Source of the DNA: Candidatus Bathyarchaeota archaeon
Lineage (GTDB): Archaea; Thermoproteota; Bathyarchaeia; TCS64
DNA length: 64,000 nt
Reading direction: 5' to 3'
Assembly (NCBI GenBank): GCA_963771885.1
Contig: CAVYVF010000023.1
Span: forward strand, 800,001 to 864,000
Both the position numbers and the translations under genes were made by a program. How positions within the stretch are numbered: the first letter of the stretch is position 1; each line of letters starts with the position of its first letter. Below, one piece after another: positions 19,172-28,929 of the stretch. Under the pieces are notes generated by a model. That model was not told where the DNA came from, did not search any database, and worked only from the letters and a program-made list of their open reading frames with translations.

Positions 19172-20422
19172 ATGGGGATGAGGATAGGGGTCCTGGCCGA
19201 CGACCTCACCGGGGCGTTCGACACCGGTGTGCAGTTCAGGAACTGGGGTCTCTCAGTGGAGGTTCTCATCAGGGATGTCAAAGACGCCATGCTCTCGTGT
19301 GATGTCGTGGTAGTCGACACGGAGAGCCGGTTGCTGAACAGGGACGACGCCTACAGACGGGTCCGCACCGCCACAGAGAGACTCATGCAGCTCGGCGTCG
19401 AGAAGGTCTACAAGAAGGTGGACTCGACACTCCGCGGCAACATCGGGGCTGAGCTAGACGCCGCTATGGAGGCATCCAATGCAAGCTTCGCTTTCTTCGC
19501 CCCCGCCTACCCCACATACGGCCGCACGACCCTCTCAGGCAAGCAGCTAGTGGACAACACGCCTGTCGAGAAGACGGAGTACGTTGACGAACTCGGTGCG
19601 AAGACCTCAGACATCCCCGCGATAATTAGCATCCAGAGCAAGCGGCGGATCGGCCTCGTCAACCACAGCGCCGTCGAGGCAGGTGTCAACTCAATAAAGA
19701 CGCGCGTCGATGCGCTGAAGACGGAGGGCTTCGAGGTTGCCGTCTTCGACGTGCTCACCGAGAAGCACCTAATAGACATAGCCCGATCCATCGGGGATAC
19801 GAAGCTGCTGGTCGGCTCCGCCGGTCTCGCCAGCGAGGTGCCACTCGGCCTCGGGCTCCGCAGCCCCAAGCCCGTCCTCTCGGTCTGCGGCAGCACACGT
19901 CGCCTGAGCAGGACACAGGTCCACAATCTTCACGATCGCCTCGGCTTTCACGAGGTCGAAATTGGAATCACACAGCTAATAGATGGTGAGGCGGCGATGA
20001 AAGAGGAGGTTAGGCGCTGCGTCGGGGAGTCAATCGAGGCGCTCAAAGCCGGAGTCGACGTCTCTATAACGTCCGCCTCCAAAGAAAGCAGCATCGCCGA
20101 GTTCATTTCACACGCGGCAAGGCACGGGATAAAGGAAGCCGAGGCGAAGCTCTTCATCGAGGAGGCCCTTGGCGAGATAACCTCCGCCATACTCTCAGAG
20201 GCGGAAGTCCTCGGGCTGCTTCTCACAGGCGGCGCCACGGGACTCATGGTCTGCCAAAAGCTCGGTGCGGACCGCGCCTCAATAGTCGAGGAGATCGCGC
20301 CGGGAATTCCACTCCTAAGGCTGAGCACAGGCATGCCCGCCGTTACGAAAGCCGGAGGTTTTGGTGTTGATGACAGTCTCATACAGGCGACGCAGAGAAT
20401 GAGGAGGCTGATGTCGAAGTGA
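19172..20422 (+). CDS. Four-carbon acid sugar kinase (DtnK/DUF1537 family)
   Basis: LADDLTGAFD, DTESR, YKKVDSTLRGNIGAE, GRTT, GSAGLA, TKAGGFG. Confidence 0.92.
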   Translation: MGMRIGVLADDLTGAFDTGVQFRNWGLSVEVLIRDVKDAMLSCDVVVVDTESRLLNRDDAYRRVRTATERLMQLGVEKVYKKVDSTLRGNIGAELDAAMEASNASFAFFAPAYPTYGRTTLSGKQLVDNTPVEKTEYVDELGAKTSDIPAIISIQSKRRIGLVNHSAVEAGVNSIKTRVDALKTEGFEVAVFDVLTEKHLIDIARSIGDTKLLVGSAGLASEVPLGLGLRSPKPVLSVCGSTRRLSRTQVHNLHDRLGFHEVEIGITQLIDGEAAMKEEVRRCVGESIEALKAGVDVSITSASKESSIAEFISHAARHGIKEAEAKLFIEEALGEITSAILSEAEVLGLLLTGGATGLMVCQKLGADRASIVEEIAPGIPLLRLSTGMPAVTKAGGFGVDDSLIQATQRMRRLMSK

Positions 20423-21465
20423 AGCCGCTCCTCGCCATAACGATGGGGGACGCAGCCGGGATAGGCCCGGAGATAATTGCGAAGGCGCTCAGCCTCAACG
20501 AAGTGTACGATATTTGCCGCCCCTTCGTTATAGGAGACGCCTCAGCGATGGAGATGGGCGTCGAGGTCACCGGACTTAGCCTCAGGATCAACCGCGTCAC
20601 ATCACCCGAGGATGGACTCTACAGGAGGGGCGTCATCGACGTTCTTAGCCTAGATAACATCGATACTACCAGCCTCATCATGGGAAAAGCGCAGGAGATG
20701 GCTGGTCGCGCCTCCGTCGAGTTCGTCGTCAGGGCCGCCGAGATGGCGATGCGCGGCGAGGTCGACGGCATCGTCACCGCACCCCTAAACAAGGAGGCGA
20801 TGCACATGGCCGGCTACAAGTACCCAGGACACACGGAGCTACTCGCCGAGATCGGGCGCACCCAGAACTACGCCATGATGCTCCTGGCCGGCGGCCTCAG
20901 AGTCATCCATGTCACCACACACGTCGCCCTCAGGGAGGTTCCCGACCTCATCACAAAGGACCGCGTCTTCAAGAAGATACGGGTCGCCCACGAAGCGGCG
21001 AGGAATCTCGGCTTCGACAGGCCCCGTATCGGCGTCGCGGGGCTCAACCCCCACTCGGGGGAGGGCGGCCTCTTTGGCAGGGAGGAGATAGAGGTGATCA
21101 CACCAGCCATCGAGGAGGCGAGGAGGGCAGGCATGCTCGTCGAAGGCCCTATCCCACCGGACACCGTCTTCTCGAAGGCCCTCGGCGGCGTCTACGACGT
21201 CGTCGTCGCCATGTACCACGATCAGGGGCACATCCCAGTCAAGCTCCAAGGATTCCGACTCGACGAGGAGACGGGCAAGTGGGAGGACGTTAGCGGCGTC
21301 AACATGACCGTCGGGCTCCCCTTCATTAGGACGAGCGTCGACCACGGCACCGCCTACGGTAAAGCGGGGCGCAGAGAGGGCACCGCCAACCCGGAGAGCC
21401 TCGTCGACGCCATAAAGGTAGCCACCCAGATGGCCTCCGTCCGCCACGGGAAGAAAACGGCTTAA
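20419..21465 (+). CDS. pdxA: PdxA-family dehydrogenase (PdxA2-like, tetronate-4-phosphate)
   Basis: MGDAAGIGPE, TAPLNKE, GHTE, GLNPHSGE, AMYHDQG, RTSVDHGTA; overlaps the kinase stop. Confidence 0.93.
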   Translation: MKPLLAITMGDAAGIGPEIIAKALSLNEVYDICRPFVIGDASAMEMGVEVTGLSLRINRVTSPEDGLYRRGVIDVLSLDNIDTTSLIMGKAQEMAGRASVEFVVRAAEMAMRGEVDGIVTAPLNKEAMHMAGYKYPGHTELLAEIGRTQNYAMMLLAGGLRVIHVTTHVALREVPDLITKDRVFKKIRVAHEAARNLGFDRPRIGVAGLNPHSGEGGLFGREEIEVITPAIEEARRAGMLVEGPIPPDTVFSKALGGVYDVVVAMYHDQGHIPVKLQGFRLDEETGKWEDVSGVNMTVGLPFIRTSVDHGTAYGKAGRREGTANPESLVDAIKVATQMASVRHGKKTA

Positions 21466-21490
21466 TCCCACAAGCGCCTACGATCCGTCG

Positions 21491-22747
21491 ATGAGCTTCC
21501 CCAAGATGATAGAGGCAAGGCAGGTATTCGACCAGCCGAAACTCGACGACTACGTCACCGAGGTGAGGCGCCAACTCAACTCGAAGGGGCTGGCGAAGAA
21601 GGTGAAAAAGGGGCAACGCATAGCGATCACGGCTGGGAGCCGCGGTATCGCGAATATCCGCCTGATTCTCAGGACCGTCGTCGAGGAGGTCAAGGCAACC
21701 GGCGGCGAGCCCTTCATCATTCCTGCGATGGGCAGCCACGGCGGCGCCACCGCGCACGGTCAAATCGAGACCCTCCGAACCCTCGGCATCACCGAGGAGA
21801 GCGTCTGTGCCCCCATCGTGAGCAGCATGGAAGTCGACCAAATTGGGGAGATCAAGGGCACCCCCGTCTACGTCGACAGGAACGCTCTACGCGCTGACGG
21901 CATCATTATCGTCGGCCGCGTCAAGCCGCACACCGACTTCAAGGGCACGATAGAGAGCGGCATCATGAAGATGATGGCCATCGGCCTCGGCAAGCAGAAG
22001 GGGGCAGAGATGATACACCACAACCTCTACGAGGGCTACCACAATCTCCTCCCCGCAGCGGCACGCCTCATAATGCAGAAAGTTCCCATAATCATGGGCC
22101 TCGCACTCCTCGAAAACGCCTACCACGAGACATGCAAAGTCGTCGCCCTCGAGCCGGGGGAGTTCGAGGCCGCCGAGCTGGAACTCCTAAAAGAGGCAAA
22201 AGCCCTGCTACCCCGTCTCCCCTTCAAGGAGATTGACCTCCTAATCGTCGAGGAGATCGGGAAAAACATCAGCGGCGTCGGCATGGATACGAACGTCACT
22301 GGAAGATTCTGGATGCCAGGCGAGTCCGACCCCGACGCGGCGAAGATAGACAAGATAGTCGTCCTCGACCTCTCCCCGGAGACACACGGCAACGCGATAG
22401 GCATCGGACTCGCGGACCTGACGACGCGCCGCGTCTTCGACAAGATCGACTACCCGTCGACATACGTCAACTGTCTAACCCAGGGAACCTGCGCAACTGG
22501 AAAAATACCCATCTGGCTCCCAAACGACCGGGACGCGATCGACACAGCCCTACGCATAATTGGCCCTATCGACAGATCCAAAGCACGCGCCATCTTGATA
22601 AAGAACACCCAAGAACTTGAGCACCTCTGGATAAGCGAGAGCCTCGCCGAGCAGGTGAGGAAGGACAAGAAGCTTGCTAAAAGAGTGGAGCTAATCGGCG
22701 AACCCCGCGAGGTCCAGTTCGACGTCCTCGGCACCCTCATAAAATAA
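21491..22747 (+). CDS. LarA-like (lactate racemase N-terminal/DUF2088) domain protein
   Basis: AITAGSRGIANI, PAMGSHGGATA.GQ, RVKPHTDF, IESG..KM..IGLGK, GKNISGVGMDTNV. Confidence 0.75.
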   Translation: MSFPKMIEARQVFDQPKLDDYVTEVRRQLNSKGLAKKVKKGQRIAITAGSRGIANIRLILRTVVEEVKATGGEPFIIPAMGSHGGATAHGQIETLRTLGITEESVCAPIVSSMEVDQIGEIKGTPVYVDRNALRADGIIIVGRVKPHTDFKGTIESGIMKMMAIGLGKQKGAEMIHHNLYEGYHNLLPAAARLIMQKVPIIMGLALLENAYHETCKVVALEPGEFEAAELELLKEAKALLPRLPFKEIDLLIVEEIGKNISGVGMDTNVTGRFWMPGESDPDAAKIDKIVVLDLSPETHGNAIGIGLADLTTRRVFDKIDYPSTYVNCLTQGTCATGKIPIWLPNDRDAIDTALRIIGPIDRSKARAILIKNTQELEHLWISESLAEQVRKDKKLAKRVELIGEPREVQFDVLGTLIK

Positions 22748-22793
22748 TCCCGCTTCAGTCAGTCGGGACCGGGTGTGTAATCTGTGCTTTTAG

Positions 22794-23306
22794 TCAGCCC
22801 ACTTTGAGGAACTGTGCCTGGGGGGCCCCGCAGATTGTACACTTCTCGGGTGCCATCTTCTCCACGGTGTTGCCACATACCTTGCAGACGTAGTAGTCGA
22901 CGCTTTGCAGCGGCTTCTTCGTTTTCAGCGTATCTAGCGCCTTCTGGTAAAGGCCGGCGTGGACCTCCTCGACCTTATTGGCGATCGTGAAGCTCCACTC
23001 GGCCTGCTTGTTCTTCTCGCGCTGGGCGATGGCTATGAAGTCGGGGTACATCTGGCGGAACTCATGCGTCTCGCCGTTTATCGCCTCGTCGAGGTTAGAG
23101 ATGGTCATCCCGATCTTGCCCGCGACGCGCAGGTGGTTGTGAGCGTGTATCGTCTCCGCCTCAGCCGCGGCCCTGAAGAGCTTCGCGACCTGGGGCAACC
23201 CCTCCTCCTCAGCCTTCTTGGCAAAGGCGAGGTACTTCCTGTTCGCCTGAGACTCGCCAGCGAATGCTTCCATGAGCTTATCGAGTGTGTCAGTCATCAG
23301 AATCAC
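22794..23306 (-). CDS. Rubrerythrin
   Basis: AFAGESQANRKY, EAETIHA, GETHE, C-terminal CKVCG...CTICG. Confidence 0.95.
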   Translation of the reverse strand: MILMTDTLDKLMEAFAGESQANRKYLAFAKKAEEEGLPQVAKLFRAAAEAETIHAHNHLRVAGKIGMTISNLDEAINGETHEFRQMYPDFIAIAQREKNKQAEWSFTIANKVEEVHAGLYQKALDTLKTKKPLQSVDYYVCKVCGNTVEKMAPEKCTICGAPQAQFLKVG

Positions 23307-23379
23307 TGAATGTCTCTCCGATTTCTGCGTTGATAAACATTGGGTGGGCTTTTATCCCCCAGGCGCGGGGCTCTGATCC

Positions 23380-23793
23380 ATGAAGAGTGTAGTTCTGAAG
23401 ATCGGCGGTCACCGCTTCGCGGCGAGACTACTTGAGGCGGAGGCGCCGAAAACCTGCGAGGCGTTTCTGTCACGCCTCCCCATCGAGGGCAAGGTAATAC
23501 ACGCCCGCTGGAGCGGGGAGTCCGTCTGGTTCCCCATGGACCCCGTCGGCATCGACGCACCTGCGGAGAACCAGACCTGCCACCCGAGTAGAGGAGACCT
23601 CCTCTACTATCCCGGCGGAGTCAGCGAGAAGGAGCTGCTCATCCCATATGGCTCAGCGATCTTCTCAAGCAAGGTTGGGCTGCTGCAGGGTAACCACTTC
23701 GCCGTTATCACAGAGGGGCAGGAGCGGCTCGCTGAGATGGGTAAGAAGGTCCTCTGGGAGGGTGCCCAGAAGATTAGGATTGAGGAAGCCTAG
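23380..23793 (+). CDS. DUF3830 family protein
   Basis: APKTCEAF, IHARWSGE, ENQTCHPSRGDLLYYPGG, GNHF. Confidence 0.88.
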   Translation: MKSVVLKIGGHRFAARLLEAEAPKTCEAFLSRLPIEGKVIHARWSGESVWFPMDPVGIDAPAENQTCHPSRGDLLYYPGGVSEKELLIPYGSAIFSSKVGLLQGNHFAVITEGQERLAEMGKKVLWEGAQKIRIEEA

Positions 23794-24197
23794 AACCCCA
23801 AGACCACATTCTTAACCGGATCGCCGATTGGCTTCCGTGACACATACACTACATTTCCCCTTTTACTCAGCGCGTTGAATATCTCCCCTCCCATGTCCTC
23901 TACCTTAGCCTTGATCTCTCCAGATTCGCCAAAATGAATCGCGTCTGTCAGGCAGTTGTGGACGCACGCAGGCCTCCTGCCCTCGGCCTGAAGCTGCGGA
24001 CAGAGCGTGCATGCGCCGACGCCCCGCCTATCCATCTCAAAGACTGGGACGTAGAACCTGTTGAACTCGCCGGCATCGACGGTGCTAACCTTGACACGCC
24101 TTATTCCCGGGGCGAGGTCGTTCTCGTCCTTGCAGGCTATCTCGCACGCGTAACATCCTATGCACCTGTCTAGATCGACGAGGAAGGCCTTGGTCAT
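23790..24197 (-). CDS. 4Fe-4S electron-transfer subunit of the molybdopterin oxidoreductase
   Basis: CIGCYACEIAC, CTLC, PACVHNCLTDAIHFG. Confidence 0.9.
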   Translation of the reverse strand: MTKAFLVDLDRCIGCYACEIACKDENDLAPGIRRVKVSTVDAGEFNRFYVPVFEMDRRGVGACTLCPQLQAEGRRPACVHNCLTDAIHFGESGEIKAKVEDMGGEIFNALSKRGNVVYVSRKPIGDPVKNVVLGF

Positions 24198-26266
24198 GCC
24201 TTAGCCCTCCGTATGTTGCATAGGATGGTCCTGAATGCGGGCATCGCGGCGACGGGGTCGAGCTGGGTGTCGTCGGTGAGGTAGTTGATGTTTGCCTTCC
24301 CCTCCCAGCCGTGGGTGACGCTGACCACATCCTCGCGTATCCCGCACGTGAGCTTTGCCTTCATGGTCGCCTCCCCCCTGAGACCCTCTAAGATGACAGT
24401 GTCCCCCTCAGCGATGCCGAGGCTTGCCGCGGTTTTCTCATTCAACTCAGCGACGGCCTCTGGCACATACTCCCTGAGCCATGGGTAGTTACGTTGCTGC
24501 GAGTGGTGGTAGACAGCGGTCTTTGAGCCAGTGATCAAGGTGAATGGATACCTCTTCGCCGCGTCGGGCCTGCTCTTCACCGTTTCTGGTGGCTCGACGT
24601 AGCTTGGCAGGGGGTCGAATCCGAGCTTCTCCATCTGCTCCGAGTAAAGTTCAATCCTCCCTGATGGCGTGCAGAAGCCATTCTTCCTTAGAAGCCCGAT
24701 CTCGAATGGCACAGAGTACACGCCAGAGTCACCTAGGTCAGATATTTTCACGCCGAGAGGCTTGATGATCTCGTCGATGATCTCATCCTCGTCCGCGTAG
24801 TCGAAGCCATCGAGTCCCATCCTCTTCGCGAGCAGGCAGATGTACTTCCAGTCGGGGAGGCTCTCGAATAGTGGCTCCATGACCTTGTGGCTTACTTGGA
24901 AGTACTTTGTGAGTGCGAGATTCTGCGTCTTGCAGAGCTCAGTCTTCTCGAAGAAGGTGGATGCGGGAAGCACGATGTCTGCGAGCTTAGCCGTCTCGGT
25001 CATGAAGAGGTCATCTACTACCAAGAAGTCGAGGCTGGCAAGTGCCTCCCTGACCTTGGTGGTGTTTGGGTACTCCTGTATCGGGTTGGCTATTGTGCAC
25101 ATCATCGCCCTGATGGGGTGGGGCTTGCCGGTGAGTATGGCCTCGGCGAAGATGGCGGTAGCATCCTCTACAAGTGGGAACCTCTCAGCCCAAATCGGCT
25201 TCGACTTGAGCCTCTCTTTACGCGTGATGTTGCCGAGCTTGTTCCCAGGGTTGAAGAGCAGTGCCCCTTTCTTATCGATGTTTCCCGTGATGGCGAGCAG
25301 AATCGCCATGGCGCGGAGCGTGTGGGTGGAGTTAGTGTGGTGGAGCACACCCTCACGCCTGTCGAGGCACGCCGGCTTAGCGGCGGCGAACTGCCTCGCT
25401 ACCTCAACGATCTGCTCAGCGGGGATTCCCGTGACCTCTTCCGCATACTCTGGCGTATACTTCTGGACGTGCTCCGTCAACTTCTCAAAACCGATGGTGT
25501 ATTTCTCGACGAACTCAGCGTCGTGCAGACCCTCGGCGATGATGGTACGAATCATGGCGAGGAGAAGCGCCGTGTCCGTCCCAGGTTTGATGGCGAGGTA
25601 GGTGTCTGCCTTCGACGCAGTCTCTGTGAAGCGGGGATCGACTACAACCAGCTTGGCCCCCGCCTCCTTCGCATCGAGGATGTCCGACATGATACGCGGA
25701 TACCGGTGAATGAAACTTAGAGCCGGATTGGTGCCGAAGAGAATAATATATTTGGAGTTCTTGAAATCACTCCACGGCATATAGGGTTGACCTTGCGGCG
25801 CCTTCCCATATGTGTAGGTGTAACCTATCATCTTCGGACCGACACAGTAGCTCCAGTTCCCCGAATAATTCGGGGTCCCATAAGCGTAGCAGAAGCGTTG
25901 GAATATCTGCTCAATCATCTGCCGCGTGGGTCCCTTGACGAACGAAAGTGCTTCGGCTCCGTACTTCGCCTTAACTTCCAGCAAGTTTTCGGCGACGGTG
26001 TCTAATGCCTCGTCCCAAGTTATGCGCTCCCACTCTCCGCTCCCCCTCTCCCCCACCCGCTTAAGCGGGTACTTGAGCCGATCTGGGTTGTACAACATCT
26101 GCCGGGCGGAGCGGCCCTGCGCACAAAGGACGCCCCTGTTATGCGGGTTAGCTGGGTCTCCCTCGACCTTGATAACCCTGCCACCCTTCATGTAAGTAAG
26201 CATGCCACAGTCGCAGTAGCAGACCTGACACGCGTTCCTCTTGATCGTGACCCCATTCTCTGGCAT
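24194..26266 (-). CDS. Cytoplasmic Mo/W-bis-PGD oxidoreductase, catalytic subunit
   Basis: CQVCYCDC...C FS0 cluster, PDRLKYPLKRVGERG, PGTDTAL, ADIVLPA; no Tat signal. Confidence 0.93.
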   Translation of the reverse strand: MPENGVTIKRNACQVCYCDCGMLTYMKGGRVIKVEGDPANPHNRGVLCAQGRSARQMLYNPDRLKYPLKRVGERGSGEWERITWDEALDTVAENLLEVKAKYGAEALSFVKGPTRQMIEQIFQRFCYAYGTPNYSGNWSYCVGPKMIGYTYTYGKAPQGQPYMPWSDFKNSKYIILFGTNPALSFIHRYPRIMSDILDAKEAGAKLVVVDPRFTETASKADTYLAIKPGTDTALLLAMIRTIIAEGLHDAEFVEKYTIGFEKLTEHVQKYTPEYAEEVTGIPAEQIVEVARQFAAAKPACLDRREGVLHHTNSTHTLRAMAILLAITGNIDKKGALLFNPGNKLGNITRKERLKSKPIWAERFPLVEDATAIFAEAILTGKPHPIRAMMCTIANPIQEYPNTTKVREALASLDFLVVDDLFMTETAKLADIVLPASTFFEKTELCKTQNLALTKYFQVSHKVMEPLFESLPDWKYICLLAKRMGLDGFDYADEDEIIDEIIKPLGVKISDLGDSGVYSVPFEIGLLRKNGFCTPSGRIELYSEQMEKLGFDPLPSYVEPPETVKSRPDAAKRYPFTLITGSKTAVYHHSQQRNYPWLREYVPEAVAELNEKTAASLGIAEGDTVILEGLRGEATMKAKLTCGIREDVVSVTHGWEGKANINYLTDDTQLDPVAAMPAFRTILCNIRRAKA

Positions 26267-26343
26267 TCTAAAACGCGCCTCTCGACGAGGGATATATGAG
26301 GCTCGTCGTTGCGGCGTATAAAATGTCGGTCGCCAAGGCGCGG

Positions 26344-27255
26344 CTAGGTCTTGGGCAGCCTATCCCTCATCCACTTCTTCAGAGTCTCCCTGGCTGGCAT
26401 TCTCTTCTCCCAGTCGGGTTCCTCCCAGAATCCTTCGTGCCGGACGGTCACCATCTCCTCGATGCTTGTGGGCTTGCCGCACGTCGCATCCTCTCCGTAT
26501 AAGTGGGTGGGATAGTTGTAAGTCGATGGTAGCTCGCGTAGCTCACCTCGGGTGAACTCAGCTAGGATAACCCCCGAGAGGACCGCCTGATGCATGAATA
26601 TTCTGTACCTGCCATCGGCGTAGAACCTCTGGAACTCCGGCGCCTTGTATAGCTCAAGGAACGCTTCGCTCCACTTTCTTAGAAGCCGCTTCCCGGGGTG
26701 GACTGCGAGGTGGCCCGCGTTGAAATAGGGGCGTATAATGTTGCCGTCGACGTGAGTCTTCATAGGGAAGACACTGTCCTGGGTGACTCCGCATCTCTCG
26801 TAGATGAGGCTCCAGAAGTCGTCCACCGGGGCGTCTATGCGCGAGCCCACGTTCATTATATGGACGGGGCGGTAACCTACGCTCTTGCCAGCGGGTAGCA
26901 GAAAGTCTCGTGGCTCCTGCAGGACGAGGGTGTTGGCGCCCAGCCAGACCATGGTCTCGGCTTTGCCTTCAGTCCTCTCCTCTGCCTGCGCCGCGGCTGT
27001 GACCTCGGGGAGGAAGAAGAACTTTGCAGCCTCCTCATCCACCTCATAGTTGACGAACTCGACGTCCAGTGCCTTGAGTCGTTCCCCGACTACATGTGGT
27101 AGTACTGTGTTCGGCGTAACATAGAGCAGTATGGGGGAGCCTGAGAGACGACCAGCAAAGGCTCTGATGCTCTCCGCGAGGAGCAGAGCGCTCGTCCCCT
27201 TATCGCCGGGTGAGAGCGCCGCGGTGAAGACGATACTGGTGTCCAAATCGACCAC
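26344..27255 (-). CDS. Hypothetical protein, possible GT-A/GT8-like fold
   Basis: ALLLAESIRAF, PYFNAG, HQAVLS, LPSTYNYP resemble GT8-like motifs. Confidence 0.55.
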   Translation of the reverse strand: MVDLDTSIVFTAALSPGDKGTSALLLAESIRAFAGRLSGSPILLYVTPNTVLPHVVGERLKALDVEFVNYEVDEEAAKFFFLPEVTAAAQAEERTEGKAETMVWLGANTLVLQEPRDFLLPAGKSVGYRPVHIMNVGSRIDAPVDDFWSLIYERCGVTQDSVFPMKTHVDGNIIRPYFNAGHLAVHPGKRLLRKWSEAFLELYKAPEFQRFYADGRYRIFMHQAVLSGVILAEFTRGELRELPSTYNYPTHLYGEDATCGKPTSIEEMVTVRHEGFWEEPDWEKRMPARETLKKWMRDRLPKT

Positions 27256-27380
27256 AATTGTGAATCAGCGAATAGATACTTCAAACCTGCCCCTGAATTC
27301 TCCCACTTTCAGTCGAGTGGGTTACAAGGCGATTCGTATATCTTTTCAGTGCGCAGTGAATGCTGATAGTTGGTGTTACC

Positions 27381-28400
27381 ATGGAGGAGAAGGAGTACCG
27401 CGAATACCTCAGTAAACGCGGCTTGAAGGGCAGGGCCGTCGAGAAGGCGGTCGCAGCCGTCGGGGAGTTCGAGCACTCCCTAAAAGACGCGGGGAAGGAG
27501 CTGGGGTCTGCCTCCGTCGCCGACCTGAAGACGTACATATCCGGATTAGTCTCCTCGGGAGCGAATACCGAGGATCGCCTCGTCGCCCTCTCCCGATACT
27601 TCTGGCTCACGAAGAGGAACGACCTATTCTCCCACTTCGCCGCCATCCTCGGCGGCAGAGGGGTCTACGCCAGCATAAGCGAGAGACTCGGCACAATCGC
27701 CGGAGAGGAGAAACGCGGCGAAGTCTTCGACGGCTTCGAGGAGCCGCCCCTGGGCGTAACACCTGACACATACCCCGCCTGCACAAAGGAGCTACTCGAC
27801 AGGCTCGAGGCAGTACTACCTCCCGAGCAGGTGAAGACGGTGCTCGCGGGCAACCACCATAGGATACCAGTTGAGCACTTCGCAGAGATGATTAAGAGGT
27901 GGGAGAAGGCGCCGTCGATGGAGGATTTCTTAGAGGGCGAGCACGGCCGTCTCGTAGCTGAACTCGAGGACGCCATGAAATCGGGACGCCTCTGGTACGA
28001 GCAGGTCATCACCCCCGAGGTCGTCGAGTATGTGAAGAAGGACCAAACCATCCAGAACGGCGTCGTGCAGGGCGACGTCGTCCTAAAGAGCAAGATACCC
28101 TTCGCCCCCGCCACGTGGCTCAAAGAGAAGGACCCAAAGATGCGCCGATACTACGCCTGCCACTGCCAGCTCGCAAGGGAGGCGATACTAGATGACACCG
28201 CCAACCCACTTGGTACATTCTGCTACTGCAGCGCTGGCTACGAGAAGCTGCCACTCGAGGTCGTACTCGGAGCCCCGCTGGAGGTGGAGGTACTGGAGAG
28301 CGCCCTCTCCGGCGACGAAAAATGCCGATTCGCCATAAAGATACCCAAGGATAAGCTGAAGGGTAAACCTCTAAAGAAGGCGCTGCGTCCCCGAAACTGA
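27381..28400 (+). CDS. Conserved hypothetical protein with C-terminal Cys-rich V4R/DUF6144-like domain
   Basis: YYACHCQ, FCYCSAGY, VEVLESALSGDEKCRFAIKIP. Confidence 0.7.
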   Translation: MEEKEYREYLSKRGLKGRAVEKAVAAVGEFEHSLKDAGKELGSASVADLKTYISGLVSSGANTEDRLVALSRYFWLTKRNDLFSHFAAILGGRGVYASISERLGTIAGEEKRGEVFDGFEEPPLGVTPDTYPACTKELLDRLEAVLPPEQVKTVLAGNHHRIPVEHFAEMIKRWEKAPSMEDFLEGEHGRLVAELEDAMKSGRLWYEQVITPEVVEYVKKDQTIQNGVVQGDVVLKSKIPFAPATWLKEKDPKMRRYYACHCQLAREAILDDTANPLGTFCYCSAGYEKLPLEVVLGAPLEVEVLESALSGDEKCRFAIKIPKDKLKGKPLKKALRPRN

Positions 28401-28406
28401 TCCGGC

Positions 28407-28574
28407 TTGGTCGTTCTCAAGGCGATCTGCGGAAAGACATTCGAGGCGGTAAAGGTCGACGAGGAGCTCGCCGCCTATCCCGAGTACGTCTGCAGCAGGC
28501 TCTGCCCCGAGACCAGCTGTTCCAAGTACATGGACTATTTCTACGACGCCACCCACCACAACGACCCCCGCTAA
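28407..28574 (+). CDS. Small Cys-rich protein (55 aa), absent from the ORF track
   Basis: TTG 7 nt after the upstream stop; MVVLKAICGKTF...YVCSRLCPETSCSKYMDYFY...; host-like codon bias. Confidence 0.55.
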   Translation: MVVLKAICGKTFEAVKVDEELAAYPEYVCSRLCPETSCSKYMDYFYDATHHNDPR

Positions 28575-28641
28575 CGGGCTGATTCCGGGGAATGGTATAA
28601 AAATGGGTGTGCCTCCCCCAGATGTCATCGCCGGTGCATAT

Positions 28642-28890
28642 ATGGAGAAGAGGGTCTTCACGCCCGAGGGCGTCTGCTCGTCAAAGATATTCTTCACGCT
28701 CGACGCGGGGCGCGTCGTTCACGTCGATTTCCAAGACGGATGCGAAGGCAATCTGCAGGGTATAGCCTCACTTGTAGTGGGGATGGAGGTCAGTGAGGTC
28801 ATACGACGGCTCAGAGGCATCGACTGCAACTACCGCGGCACCTCCTGCCCCGACCAGCTGGCCCGGGCTCTCGAAGAGGCGCGTGACTAG
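28642..28890 (+). CDS. TIGR03905 family TSCPD-domain protein
   Basis: GVCS, GCEGNLQGI, GIDCNYRGTSCPDQLA. Confidence 0.92.
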   Translation: MEKRVFTPEGVCSSKIFFTLDAGRVVHVDFQDGCEGNLQGIASLVVGMEVSEVIRRLRGIDCNYRGTSCPDQLARALEEARD

Positions 28891-28929
28891 CGCGAGCCCA
28901 CTTATACGGGCTAAGCGTAATCCTTCCGC

